This document shows, in pieces, positions 37,711 to 47,575 of a stretch of DNA of 64,000 bases. This DNA is from an uncultured Gammaproteobacteria bacterium (GTDB lineage: Bacteria; Patescibacteriota; Microgenomatia; Levybacterales; UBA12049). The notes below the pieces were generated by a model. That model ran no database searches. It had not been told where the DNA came from and saw nothing but the letters and a program-made list of their open reading frames with translations. Position 1 is the stretch's first letter. Each line of letters begins with the position of its first letter. The stretch lies in NCBI GenBank assembly GCA_964637955.1, contig CAZWXQ010000003.1:159154-223153 (forward strand), given 5' to 3'. Position numbers and translations under genes: made by a program.

Positions 37711-38361
37711 ATGAATAGTAAGCTTGTGATCTTCGTGATCGCATGTGCATTAGGAGTAGGAGCAATTCTAGTCTTTGCAAAAAATAATATGAATACGAAC
37801 AACCCAACAGATCAAGTTCAAGGTGCTACAAGTTTTTCAGATTCCGCTTCTGGAGCTCCTAGTCCAGTTTCAAATCAGCTTGGTGGGACAACTCAGGTAG
37901 CAGCAGGTACCCAAAATCAAACCCAACAACAGCCAGCAGGTTCTCAGAGTCAGGGTCAGGCTCAAGTCCAAACACAGGTTCAAGGACAGGCTCAGGGATC
38001 AGCTCAGGCTTCAGATCCGCTACCAACAGGTCCTATTACAGAATTAATGATTAAAGATAGAGTGATGGGTAGTGGGGCTGAAGTAAAAAGTGGAGATACT
38101 GTTGACGTTAACTATCTTGGCACATTTTTAGATGGTCAAAAATTTGATTCTTCATATGACAGAGGTCAGCCTTTTAGCTTTACAGTTGGCGCTGGAAATG
38201 TAATTAAAGGTTGGGATCAAGGTCTCGTTGGCATGAAAGTTGGTGGAAAAAGACAATTAATAATTCCTTCAGATTTGGCCTATGGCGCTGGTGGTGCACC
38301 AGGTGCAATTCCTCCGAATACTCCCCTAGCATTTGAAATAGAGCTTGTAGCTATTAAATAA
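37711..38361 (+). CDS. FKBP-type peptidyl-prolyl cis-trans isomerase, membrane-anchored with a Q-rich linker
   Basis: The C-terminal FKBP domain reads DTVDVNYLGTFLDGQKFDSSYDRGQPFSFTVGAGNVIKGWDQGLVGMKVGGKRQLIIPSDLAYG. An N-terminal TM helix and a disordered QAQ repeat linker precede it. Confidence 0.85.
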   Translation: MNSKLVIFVIACALGVGAILVFAKNNMNTNNPTDQVQGATSFSDSASGAPSPVSNQLGGTTQVAAGTQNQTQQQPAGSQSQGQAQVQTQVQGQAQGSAQASDPLPTGPITELMIKDRVMGSGAEVKSGDTVDVNYLGTFLDGQKFDSSYDRGQPFSFTVGAGNVIKGWDQGLVGMKVGGKRQLIIPSDLAYGAGGAPGAIPPNTPLAFEIELVAIK

Positions 38362-38415
38362 TTTAATAGTGTATACATCTTTTAATTAACTCCATTTTTA
38401 GATACAATTAGCTTT

Positions 38416-41265
38416 ATGTTTAAGCCTGTAGATCCAAGTGTTAATTTTCCAAAGATGGAAGAGGAAATTCTTTCTGACTGGAAAAAGAACAAAATATTTG
38501 AAAAAACCCTAGATAAGGATTCACCCAAAGGGGATTGGACATTTCTTGATGGTCCTCCATTTGTAACAGGGATGCCGCATTACGGACATCTATTAGGAAG
38601 TATTCATAAGGACGTTTTTGGTCGTTACTATACCATGAAGGGTTATCATGTAAGACGTGTTTGGGGATGGGATGGTCATGGTCTTCCAATAGAAAATAAA
38701 GTTGAAAATAAGCTTGAAATTAAAAGAAAAAGAGATATTGAAGATGTTGTCGGAGTAAAGAAATTTATTGAAGAATGTAAAAATTATGTTGATGAAATTT
38801 CTGGTGAATGGGAATGGTATGTTGATCATATCGGTCGCTGGGTAGACTTTAAGAACGCATACAAGACTTGGGATACAGACTATATGGAATCTGTTATGTG
38901 GGTTTTTAAACAAATGTATGAAAAAAACCATATTTATAAAGGTCTTAAGGTTACGATGTATTGTCCTCACTGTTCAACTCCAATTTCGAACTTTGAAGTA
39001 GCAATGGACGCAGATAATTACAAAGATTTGACAGACTCTGGAACTATATATAAATATCCGCTTGAAGGTGAAGAAAATACATTTATTTTGGCTTGGTCCA
39101 CAACACCTTGGAATAAGATCGTGACTCCTGCTTTAGCAGTGAATCCGAAGCTATTTTATATTAGAGTCAAGCAAAAAGATGAAGAATATATTTTGGCAAA
39201 AACTACAGTAAAACTGCTTGGTGATCCAAAGAGTTTTAAGATTATTGAGGAAATTAAAGGTTCAGATTTGGTGGGTAAAAAATATGTTCCACATTATGAT
39301 TACTATAAAGACAAGGTAAAAGATGGAGAAAAGATATTTGAAATTATTCCTGGAGATTTCGTGACTGCAGAAGAAGGAACTGGCGTTGTTACTATCGCTG
39401 TTTACGGAGAGGAAGATCTAAAGGTCATGAATGAGCAAAATGTTCATAAAGAAATTCATCTTGATGAAGAGGGAAGTGTATTTGAAAATGTTCCAATTTT
39501 TGGAGGAATGTATTATCTCAAGGCAAATAAAGCGGTAAATGAAGATTTGAAAAACAGAAATCTAGTTTACAAAGATGAGGAGTTGATCCACAGTGTTCCA
39601 CTTTGCTGGAGATGTCATACAAGACTTTATTACGCACCAATTAATGCTTGGTATGTAAATATTCAAAACATAAAAGATCTTCTTAAGAAAACGAATGAAG
39701 AAGTAAATTGGTTTCCGAAGCATTTTAAGAATGGGAGATTTTTAAAAAGTCTTGAGAGTGCGCCTGACTGGAATATATCAAGAAATAGATATTGGGGTAG
39801 TCCTGTTCCCGTTTGGGAATGCGAATGTGGTGAACGGTTTGTTCCAGGTTCCATTAAAGAACTTGAGGAGAGAAGTGAGCAAAAAGTTATTAGCCTTCAT
39901 AAGCCTGACATCGATGAAATTGAAATCAATTGTAGTAATTGCAATAAAAAAGTAAAAAGAGTTTCTGAAGTTTTAGACAGTTGGATTGAGGCAGGAAGTG
40001 CAAGCTTTGCAGAAAGACATTTTCCATTTGATGAAAAAGAAAAACTTGAAGATTTTAATCCACCAGATTTTATCGCTGAATATACAGGGCAAATTCGGGC
40101 ATGGTTTTATGTCTTGCATGTTATAGGTGGCGCACTTTATTCCTCAAAAGCTTTTAAAAATGTTGCGGTTGAAGGTGTAATTCTTGGAACAGACGGAAGA
40201 AAAATGAGTAAAAACCTTGGAAATTATCCAGATCCCAAAGATCTTCTTGGTAAATATGGTGGAGATGCTCTAAGACTTTATTTAATGAGTAGCCCAATCA
40301 TGAATGGTGAAGACATGATTATTTCTGAAGAACAGTACCGCCAGCAGGTGAAGGGAATGATGCTAATTCTTTGGAACACTTATAATTTTTTTGTAAGTTA
40401 TGCGAATATTGACAACTGGAGCAGGGAAAATAGAACTGAAAATTCAGAAAACATTTTAGACAAGTGGATTTTGTCATTATTGAATAAGCTAGTCGATGGT
40501 GTTACTAAAGATTTGGATAATTATGACACTGTAAACGCAATTTCAAAAATAAATATTTTCATTGGTGAGTTCTCGACATGGTACATAAGAAGAAGTAGAG
40601 ACAGGGTTGGTCCGAGTGCTGAAGATGAAGAAGATAGAAGTAGCTTCTATTCAACTACCTATGATGTTTTAGTAAAGTTGTGTATCGTGATGGCGCCTAT
40701 TGCTCCTTTCCTGGTTGAAGATATGTATAAAAATTTAACAGATGAAGAATCGGTTCACTTGGCTTCTTGGCCTGAAGCTAATAAAGATTTGATTGATGAT
40801 AAATTGGAATCTCAAATGAAACAGATAAGATGGGTTGTTGAGCAGGTGCATGCAATAAGAAAAGAGAAGGGAATCAAAGTGAGGCAGCCTTTAGGGAAGC
40901 TTTTAGTAAGAGTAGACTTTGATGAAGATAATTGGAATGATTTGTCCAGGGTAATAGCAGATGAATTAAATATTAAGAATGTAAAATTTGATTGGTATGA
41001 AAATTTTGATAAAGAAAAAAAATTGGATGGACAATTGTTTGAGTTTGAATTAGACGATAAGTTAACGCCAGAGCTAATAGCTGAGGGTGAAGCAAGAGAT
41101 ATAGTTAGGAAAATTCAAGCTGAAAGAAAGATTCTAGGCACTGCTTTAGATGACAAAGTTGATGTAGATCTTCCGGATTGGCCTGCGGATTTTGAAGAAG
41201 ATATTAAGAAAAAGGCTCTTATAAATAATTTATCTCGTGGGGAGTTTAAAGTCTCAAAAATCTAA
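38416..41265 (+). CDS. ileS: Isoleucine--tRNA ligase, type 2 (eukaryote/archaeon-like)
   Basis: FLDGPPFVTGMPHYGHLL contains the HIGH motif and RKMSKNLGNYPDP the KMSKS motif; both fit the type-2 IleS pattern. 949 aa. Confidence 0.85.
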   Translation: MFKPVDPSVNFPKMEEEILSDWKKNKIFEKTLDKDSPKGDWTFLDGPPFVTGMPHYGHLLGSIHKDVFGRYYTMKGYHVRRVWGWDGHGLPIENKVENKLEIKRKRDIEDVVGVKKFIEECKNYVDEISGEWEWYVDHIGRWVDFKNAYKTWDTDYMESVMWVFKQMYEKNHIYKGLKVTMYCPHCSTPISNFEVAMDADNYKDLTDSGTIYKYPLEGEENTFILAWSTTPWNKIVTPALAVNPKLFYIRVKQKDEEYILAKTTVKLLGDPKSFKIIEEIKGSDLVGKKYVPHYDYYKDKVKDGEKIFEIIPGDFVTAEEGTGVVTIAVYGEEDLKVMNEQNVHKEIHLDEEGSVFENVPIFGGMYYLKANKAVNEDLKNRNLVYKDEELIHSVPLCWRCHTRLYYAPINAWYVNIQNIKDLLKKTNEEVNWFPKHFKNGRFLKSLESAPDWNISRNRYWGSPVPVWECECGERFVPGSIKELEERSEQKVISLHKPDIDEIEINCSNCNKKVKRVSEVLDSWIEAGSASFAERHFPFDEKEKLEDFNPPDFIAEYTGQIRAWFYVLHVIGGALYSSKAFKNVAVEGVILGTDGRKMSKNLGNYPDPKDLLGKYGGDALRLYLMSSPIMNGEDMIISEEQYRQQVKGMMLILWNTYNFFVSYANIDNWSRENRTENSENILDKWILSLLNKLVDGVTKDLDNYDTVNAISKINIFIGEFSTWYIRRSRDRVGPSAEDEEDRSSFYSTTYDVLVKLCIVMAPIAPFLVEDMYKNLTDEESVHLASWPEANKDLIDDKLESQMKQIRWVVEQVHAIRKEKGIKVRQPLGKLLVRVDFDEDNWNDLSRVIADELNIKNVKFDWYENFDKEKKLDGQLFEFELDDKLTPELIAEGEARDIVRKIQAERKILGTALDDKVDVDLPDWPADFEEDIKKKALINNLSRGEFKVSKI

Positions 41266-42347
41266 TGAAGAAATGGTTTAACTTTTCTGGAGTCGACTGG
41301 TTACTCATGATTCCAGTTTTTATACTTCTAGTTTTCAGTCTTGCTACATTGTTTTCTATAGATCGCGATATATTCAAGGCCCAACTGGTTTTTACTTTCG
41401 CTTCTTTTGGAATATTTTTGTTTTTAACTCAGTTGAATCCATCAGTGCTCAGATTTTATTCGATTCCTATATATGTATCTTCAATAATTATTTTAGGTGT
41501 CGTACTTTTTCTGGGAATAGAAAGTCGAGGATCTGTTCGTTGGGTAGAAATTCTTGGAGTCAGGATTCAGTTTTCAGAAATATTAAAACCATTCTTAGCT
41601 CTTGCCCTAGCAAGTTACCTGACAAATTTAAGATCTTTTTCTTTTAAAGCTTTCATTTCTGTTTTTATTTTAATTTCACCAATTTTTATGCTGATATTTT
41701 TTCAACCTGATCTCGGTAATGCTTTGATTTATCTTATGGTTTGTACTATGACGCTTGTTATTTATGGATTTCCATATAGATGGTTTTTGATTGGATTTGT
41801 ATTGTGGTTAGTAAGTCTTCCATTTTTCTGGTTATTTTTGCATGATTATCAAAGGCAAAGAGTGTTAACTTTCATAGATCCGAGTCGCGATCCTTTAGGG
41901 ACCTCCTACAATGCCATTCAAGCGGTCATAGCTGTTGGGTCAGGTATGATAATAGGTAAAGGATTGGGTCTTGGTACTCAGTCCGGGCTTAGGTTTTTAC
42001 CCGAACAGCACACAGATTTTATTTATGCCACTATTTCAGAGGAATTAGGTTTCGTAGGTGCCGTAATAATTATTTTGTGTTTCACTTTTATTTTTTTCAG
42101 GCTTTACCAAATCATAAAGAACAGTGAAGATAAATTTTCTAAGATATTTTCTATTATCGTTTTTTTAATCATATTTATACATTTTGCAATAAACATCGGA
42201 ATGAATTTGGCAGTGGTGCCAATCGTGGGTGTTACTCTACCTTTTGTTTCTTACGGAGGAAGCTCTCTTCTTTCCAACTTTATTCTGCTTGGTCTGCTTT
42301 TTGCAGTAAATAAGAAGAGTAGAACTCAAGTATTGGAAATAGGTTAG
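41265..42347 (+). CDS. rodA: SEDS-family protein (RodA-like peptidoglycan glycosyltransferase)
   Basis: Polytopic protein with the C-terminal motif LPFVSYGGSSLLSNFILLGLL, a paralog of ftsW at 4827. The start overlaps the ileS stop at a TAATG junction. Confidence 0.7.
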   Translation: MKKWFNFSGVDWLLMIPVFILLVFSLATLFSIDRDIFKAQLVFTFASFGIFLFLTQLNPSVLRFYSIPIYVSSIIILGVVLFLGIESRGSVRWVEILGVRIQFSEILKPFLALALASYLTNLRSFSFKAFISVFILISPIFMLIFFQPDLGNALIYLMVCTMTLVIYGFPYRWFLIGFVLWLVSLPFFWLFLHDYQRQRVLTFIDPSRDPLGTSYNAIQAVIAVGSGMIIGKGLGLGTQSGLRFLPEQHTDFIYATISEELGFVGAVIIILCFTFIFFRLYQIIKNSEDKFSKIFSIIVFLIIFIHFAINIGMNLAVVPIVGVTLPFVSYGGSSLLSNFILLGLLFAVNKKSRTQVLEIG

Positions 42348-42369
42348 TTTTTTGGTATAATTTATAGCT

Positions 42370-42741
42370 ATGCAATACGCAGTAATTAAAACTGGTGGAA
42401 AACAGTATAAAGTAAGCGCAGGAGATACGCTTACCGTAGATAAATTGAGCCTAGATGGCAAAAATTCCGTTACCTTTGACGAAGTTTTGTTAGTAGTTGA
42501 TGAGAATAAAGCAAGTGTTGGGAATCCAATTGTAAAAGATGCGACAGTAGATGCAACATTAGTTGAAAACAAAAGAGGAGAGAAGATTCATGTCAGAAGA
42601 TTTAAGGCAAAATCTAGATACAGAAGAACAACTGGATTTAGAGCTGAACAGTCAGTCTTTAAAATAGACAAGATCAATTTTGATAGTAAAAAGAGTTCGA
42701 AGTCACTTGAAGATAAGACAGACTCAAAAAAAGATAAATAA
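42370..42741 (+). CDS. rplU: 50S ribosomal protein bL21 with a Lys-rich C-terminal extension
   Basis: MQYAVIKTGGKQYKVSAGDTLTVDKL is the canonical bL21 N-terminus. Confidence 0.9.
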   Translation: MQYAVIKTGGKQYKVSAGDTLTVDKLSLDGKNSVTFDEVLLVVDENKASVGNPIVKDATVDATLVENKRGEKIHVRRFKAKSRYRRTTGFRAEQSVFKIDKINFDSKKSSKSLEDKTDSKKDK

Positions 42742-42742
42742 A

Positions 42743-42810
42743 TTGACATAGTTTGACTTATTGACGTTTGTGAAAACTAGCGTTAAAATAAAGTCACTTT
42801 TCACAAAGAT
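42743..42810 (+). promoter_or_regulatory. rpmA upstream element: three phased TTGAC hexamers (42743, 42753, 42761), a candidate promoter TTGACG-N17-TAAAAT (42761-42789), and a perfect 10-bp inverted repeat TTTGTGAAAA/TTTTCACAAA (42767-42776 / 42798-42807) ending 3 nt before the ATG
   Basis: Direct reading of the sequence. The inverted-repeat arms are exact reverse complements and bracket the predicted -10. Confidence 0.45.
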
Positions 42811-43062
42811 ATGGCACATACAAAAGCACAAGGATCAGTTAAGGGAAATAGAGACTCAGTAGCAAAGCGCTTAGGCGTTAAGAAATTTGGTGGAGAAAAA
42901 GTAATCTCTGGAAATATTATTGTAAGACAAAAAGGAACTAAATTTCATCCAGGAACAAATGTAAATATGGGTAAAGACTATACTTTATTTGCTGTAGCAA
43001 CTGGCACAGTAAATTTTAAACTTAAAAACGGAAAAAAGATTGTAGAAGTAGTTAGCTTATAA
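42811..43062 (+). CDS. rpmA: 50S ribosomal protein bL27
   Basis: [29 protein letters not shown] matches the bL27 signature. There is no N-terminal propeptide. Confidence 0.9.
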   Translation: MAHTKAQGSVKGNRDSVAKRLGVKKFGGEKVISGNIIVRQKGTKFHPGTNVNMGKDYTLFAVATGTVNFKLKNGKKIVEVVSL

Positions 43063-43880
43063 TGGACGAAAAAAAGCAGGATCAACTAACAGAAATTGAA
43101 GTAAACATGCTTCAGTCAAATCCTCTCCAGCCTCGAGGAATAATCTCACCGGAATCAATTACAGAACTTGCAGATTCTATTCGTGAGCAAGGAATCCTAG
43201 AGCCTATCGTGGTTGCAAGTACTCCAGCAGGATACCAAATAATTGCAGGAGAAAGACGTTGGAGAGCAGCAAAGCTCGTCGGATTAAAAATGGTTCCTGT
43301 AGTTATAAAGCAAACATCTCCTCAGCAGATGCTTGAAATGGCTATAGTTGAAAACGTCCAAAGAGAAGATCTTAATCCTATTGAGCGTGCACAAGCTTAT
43401 AAAAGACTTATTGATGAGTTTGGATTAGGAACAAATGAAGTTGCAAGAAAAGTTGGAAAGAGTGCTCCTACAGTTTCAAATACGATAAGACTTCTTTCTC
43501 TTCCAGATGCTATTAAAGATGCACTTGTAGCGGGAGTGATTACTGAAGGACACGTTAGACCTCTTATTTCAGTAGGTGATCAAAAGCTTATGCTTGAACT
43601 TTTCAAGAAAATCCTTAAAGAAAACAGTACGGTTCGCGAAACAGAAGATATGGCACGTCAAGTAAAAGGGGAAGTAGAGCAAAGAGCACCTAAGAAAACA
43701 GATAAATTATGGGTACCAGAGCTGGACGAAATGGCAAAAAGCGTAAAAGATAAAATGGGCGTTGATAAAGTGACTATTTTTCAATCAAGATCAAAGGCAA
43801 GAATTGTAATTGAGCAAAGTGGAGATGTTGAAATTACCGGACCAAAAGTGCAACAAATAGTTGCTATCCTTACTTCTTAA
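43062..43880 (+). CDS. parB: Chromosome partitioning protein ParB/Spo0J
   Basis: The ParB box GYQIIAGERRWRAAKLVGLKMVPVVI is present, with an HTH and a C-terminal dimerisation region. No parA gene is adjacent. Confidence 0.85.
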   Translation: MDEKKQDQLTEIEVNMLQSNPLQPRGIISPESITELADSIREQGILEPIVVASTPAGYQIIAGERRWRAAKLVGLKMVPVVIKQTSPQQMLEMAIVENVQREDLNPIERAQAYKRLIDEFGLGTNEVARKVGKSAPTVSNTIRLLSLPDAIKDALVAGVITEGHVRPLISVGDQKLMLELFKKILKENSTVRETEDMARQVKGEVEQRAPKKTDKLWVPELDEMAKSVKDKMGVDKVTIFQSRSKARIVIEQSGDVEITGPKVQQIVAILTS

Positions 43881-43889
43881 ATTTAATCT

Positions 43890-44447
43890 CTAATAAGGAT
43901 TTTTAATAAGCCCCGCAGAGTTGATAGGCCAATATATAATAAAAGAACTTCCAATTATGTTTTTCTTAGGAACAAAACCCCACTCTCTTGAGTCAGAGCT
44001 GTAAGACCGATTGTCTCCAAGTACGAAAAAATATCCTTCTGGAACTGATACTTCATCTCCTTCGCGAAGGAAGGATCCTCCGTACGTTTTAACTTCCGGC
44101 TTTAAATAGGCGCTTTCATCTAAAAGCTTACCATTTAGATAAACATTTCCCTCTCTCACAGAAACAGTATCTCCCGCAACGCCGATTACTCTTTTAATAA
44201 AATCTTTATCTGGTTCGTTTGGTGCCTTGAAAACGACGACATCACCAAGCTGTGGATTTCCTATTTTTTGACTGATGACATTTGTGATCAAATACTCACT
44301 ATCATGAAGGTTAGGGAACATAGATTCACCTTTTACCTCAAAAGGCCTAAAAAGGAACATGTAGACCACCACAAAGGCTGCTGCGGCGAGGATTAAGGTC
44401 TGTGCAATATCAAGTAGAAAAAAGTAAATCTTTTTCAAAATTTCCAT
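43890..44447 (-). CDS. lepB: Signal peptidase I (S26 family)
   Basis: GESMFPNL carries the catalytic Ser, KRVIGVAGD the catalytic Lys box, and GDNRSYSSDSR is box E. 185 aa with an N-terminal TM. Confidence 0.9.
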   Translation of the reverse strand: MEILKKIYFFLLDIAQTLILAAAAFVVVYMFLFRPFEVKGESMFPNLHDSEYLITNVISQKIGNPQLGDVVVFKAPNEPDKDFIKRVIGVAGDTVSVREGNVYLNGKLLDESAYLKPEVKTYGGSFLREGDEVSVPEGYFFVLGDNRSYSSDSREWGFVPKKNIIGSSFIIYWPINSAGLIKNPY

Positions 44448-44539
44448 AAGGTTAATTTTCCCAGATTAACTCACCTTTGTCAAAAAGATAAATTATATTG
44501 CTACTTGCAATTAGATTTAATTTGATACAAAAATAAGTT

Positions 44540-45163
44540 ATGGCTACTTCAGAGCCAATTGATAATAACAATATCGATAGACAATCTTCTGACGACAAAG
44601 ATCAAGAGAAGTCGGATCATGATTCTGGTCAAAAATCTTCCACAGTTAAATCAATTAGCAGTTACCTTACGAGTCACACTCATAATGTTGATGATCAAGA
44701 TGACCTGATTGATATTAGGGTAGGAAACCCATTAGATAAGATCACAAAATTATTAGAGGAAATTAAGAAGCAAAAGGCATTCTCATTCACTTTAAAGGGA
44801 TCATTAGGAATTGCTGGGGTTGCTTTGACTATTTCCATGTTTGGAATTTTTGGAGGTGGTAAAATAATATGCGATAAAGGTCTAACAACTGAGATTGGAG
44901 TGTTAAGATCTATTTCCTTTCAAGAAATTGAGCCTTATAATGTTCCTCTTATTTCAGAATTATTAAATAATATCGCTCCAAAAAGACATAGAAATAGATT
45001 AATCTTGATTAAGGGTAATCGTGATGTAATAGCTGTTGCACCATCTGGAAATATCCCAACAACACGTTTTATAAATAAAAATGTTTCTGTAACAGGTGGC
45101 TATAATTCATGTAAGAAAGTTTTAACTGTATCTGAGCCTTTTGGTATTGATTTTTTTGAATAA
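44540..45163 (+). CDS. Hypothetical membrane protein
   Basis: 207 aa with an acidic N-terminus, one TM (LGIAGVALTISMFGIFGGG) and no recognisable motif. Confidence 0.3.
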   Translation: MATSEPIDNNNIDRQSSDDKDQEKSDHDSGQKSSTVKSISSYLTSHTHNVDDQDDLIDIRVGNPLDKITKLLEEIKKQKAFSFTLKGSLGIAGVALTISMFGIFGGGKIICDKGLTTEIGVLRSISFQEIEPYNVPLISELLNNIAPKRHRNRLILIKGNRDVIAVAPSGNIPTTRFINKNVSVTGGYNSCKKVLTVSEPFGIDFFE

Positions 45164-45507
45164 TATAATTTATATCTTATATTTTATGTCTAATTGATCA
45201 TAAAGATTTGATATGCGATATCTTTAATATGTTTGAAATAATTAAAAAATATCATTTTGAGATTAGACTTATGGTAATTGGTTTACTGTTAATTTATTTC
45301 GGCTTCATGGAAATACTTAGTAGCTAAATTATCCATCTAACATTAAATACAACTTAAAAAAATAGAAGTGCATTTATATTTGATTATGAGGATACCATGA
45401 GTAATATGTCTGGGGTTTTTATTTGTTAATAGTTCTGTTTTTTTTTTCAAAAAATCTAATTAATAATAAAATAATTGGACCGGATTAAGGGGCTAACTCC
45501 ACCATTT

Positions 45508-45542
45508 TATATATCAATAAATGCATGTCATTGATATATAAT
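45508..45542. promoter_or_regulatory. Perfect 11-bp inverted repeat TATATATCAAT-N11-ATTGATATATA overlapping a TATATAAT -10, 29 nt upstream of the GT4 gene; candidate operator
   Basis: The arms at 45508-45518 and 45530-45540 are exact reverse complements. The spacer AAATGCATGTC contains an ATGCAT palindrome. Confidence 0.5.
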
Positions 45543-45570
45543 ACATGGAAGTTTATTATTAAAATCATTT

Positions 45571-46566
45571 ATGAAAATATTATTTTTATCAAGGAGGTTT
45601 TATCCAGATGTTGGCGGGGTTGAGAAGCATGTTTTAGAAATATCCAAAGTACTAATAAAACAGAAGCATCAGGTAAATTTAGTTACTCAGTCTCAAGGTA
45701 AGATTTCTAATATAGAGAATATAAATATAGTGCGAATTCCAACGACTCCAAAAGATAAATCAGAAAAGCTTCATATTTGGAAATGGTTTTGGGAAAATAA
45801 AAACCTAATTAAAGATGCTGATATTATTCATGCCCACGATGTGTTTTATTGGTATCTGCCGTTCAGATTTATATTTTTGAGTAAAAAATGTTTTGTTACC
45901 TTTCATGGATATGAAAGTTACCCAATTTCAAAAAAAGCCATATTCTTAAGGAAATTATGGGAAATACTATCAAATAAAAATATAATTGTTGGAGAATTTA
46001 TTAAAAAATGGTATCACACTAATCCTGATATTGTGATTTATGGCGGAGTAAATATTCCTAAAAAATATAGTCAATCAAAAAACAAAAAATCTGCTATATT
46101 TTTTGGAAGATTAGATTATCATACTGGAATTTTAGATTATGCAAAGACAATTGATTTAGTAAGAAATAAAATTCCAGATTTTAAATTCACAATTATCGGT
46201 GAGGGGGAGGATTCAAGAAAATTGAAGAAATATAATTTAATCGGTTTTAAAAAGGATATTAGTAAATATTTAGATGAGAATAATTTTGCATTCGTTAGTA
46301 GATATTTGTCGGTTTTAGAGGCCTTAGCGCATAAGCGACTTGTTTTTGCACTCTATGATAATCCTATTAAAGAAGATTATCTAAAAATGTCGCCTTTTTC
46401 ACATTTTATTGTTATTGAAAATTCCCCTGAAAAATTAGCTCAAAAAGTATTATATTATTTAGAAAATCCTAAAGAAGCTAATAAATTAATTAGCTCGGGA
46501 TATGAATGGGTAAATGATAAATCTTGGGAAAATGTTGTTAGTAAATACTTAAAGCTATGGAGATAA
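45571..46566 (+). CDS. GT4 (GT-B fold) glycosyltransferase
   Basis: MKILFLSRRFYPDVGGVEKHVLEIS is the GT4 N-terminal motif. 331 aa. Confidence 0.7.
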   Translation: MKILFLSRRFYPDVGGVEKHVLEISKVLIKQKHQVNLVTQSQGKISNIENINIVRIPTTPKDKSEKLHIWKWFWENKNLIKDADIIHAHDVFYWYLPFRFIFLSKKCFVTFHGYESYPISKKAIFLRKLWEILSNKNIIVGEFIKKWYHTNPDIVIYGGVNIPKKYSQSKNKKSAIFFGRLDYHTGILDYAKTIDLVRNKIPDFKFTIIGEGEDSRKLKKYNLIGFKKDISKYLDENNFAFVSRYLSVLEALAHKRLVFALYDNPIKEDYLKMSPFSHFIVIENSPEKLAQKVLYYLENPKEANKLISSGYEWVNDKSWENVVSKYLKLWR

Positions 46567-47555
46567 ATAATAAAAGTAGAGAATTATGGCCAGATGTAAT
46601 TAGGATATTTGCTATTTTTGGAGTTATTGCGCTTCACACATTGGGTACTTATCCTTCTTTTTCTTCGCCATATATATTTAAAATTTTTGAAACCTCAGTA
46701 CCAATCTTCGTAATGTTAAGCGGAGCTCTGCTTTTGGGTAAAGCAGAATCATATCTCTCGTTTTTTAAAAAGCGATCTGTGAAAGTTTTAATTCCTTGGA
46801 TCGTATGGACTTTTATTTACATGATATTCCTTTATTATTTAAAAGATGAGTATGTTATATCTAATTATTTTAATGGAGGAATTGTTTACTTAAACAATTG
46901 GGCTAAATTTTTCTTTATTCAATTTTTTACAGGTTTGTGGTTTTTGCCATTAATATTTGGAATTTATTTAATCACACCTCCGCTCCGAATTTTTATTAAA
47001 TCAGCAAAAGAATTAGATATATTTTATTTATTATCTTTATGGTTTGTTTTCATTTCTTTTTTACCCTGGGTATTTTCAAGCCCTTTGTTTCCCGAATGGC
47101 TCCCTTCTTTTATTTATGCTCCTATCCAATACAGTGGATATTTTGTACTAGGTTATGTTATAGCTAAAAAAATAAAACAAAGAGAATTGATGCTTCCTCT
47201 CTGGCATATAATTCCTATCAGTGCTTTGATAGTGGTTTTGCCCATTTCAAATTTCCTTGAACCATCGACAATTTTTGCATCTATTTTACTTTTTGTTTAT
47301 TTATTTTCATTTTCTAATAATATTGATAAAAAAATTAGTCCTAAAGCAAAGAGCATAATATATAAAATTAGTAGCGCAAGTATGGGAATATATATAGTTC
47401 ATTCATTTTTTACCTATTGTGTTGCTAAATTTTTAAGTATGGATCAAATGCTTAAAAATTCTGGATTTATATATACAGTTATCATTTTTTTGATATCATT
47501 TTTGACAATATATATTCTTCAGAAAATTCCAATAGTTAAGAAAATTGTCCCATAA
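46557..47555 (+). CDS. Acyltransferase family 3 membrane O-acyltransferase (OatA/WecH-like)
   Basis: WPDVIRIFAIFGVIALHTL is the AT3 N-terminal signature, followed by about 10 TM helices. 332 aa. Confidence 0.65.
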   Translation: MEINNKSRELWPDVIRIFAIFGVIALHTLGTYPSFSSPYIFKIFETSVPIFVMLSGALLLGKAESYLSFFKKRSVKVLIPWIVWTFIYMIFLYYLKDEYVISNYFNGGIVYLNNWAKFFFIQFFTGLWFLPLIFGIYLITPPLRIFIKSAKELDIFYLLSLWFVFISFLPWVFSSPLFPEWLPSFIYAPIQYSGYFVLGYVIAKKIKQRELMLPLWHIIPISALIVVLPISNFLEPSTIFASILLFVYLFSFSNNIDKKISPKAKSIIYKISSASMGIYIVHSFFTYCVAKFLSMDQMLKNSGFIYTVIIFLISFLTIYILQKIPIVKKIVP

Positions 47556-47575
47556 AGTTTTAAAATATTTGAAAA

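Noticed and set aside
43062-43880. Possible plasmid or mobile origin of the region, because parB is present
   Set aside because: parB sits among ribosomal, lepB, ileS and dcw housekeeping genes. The context is chromosomal.
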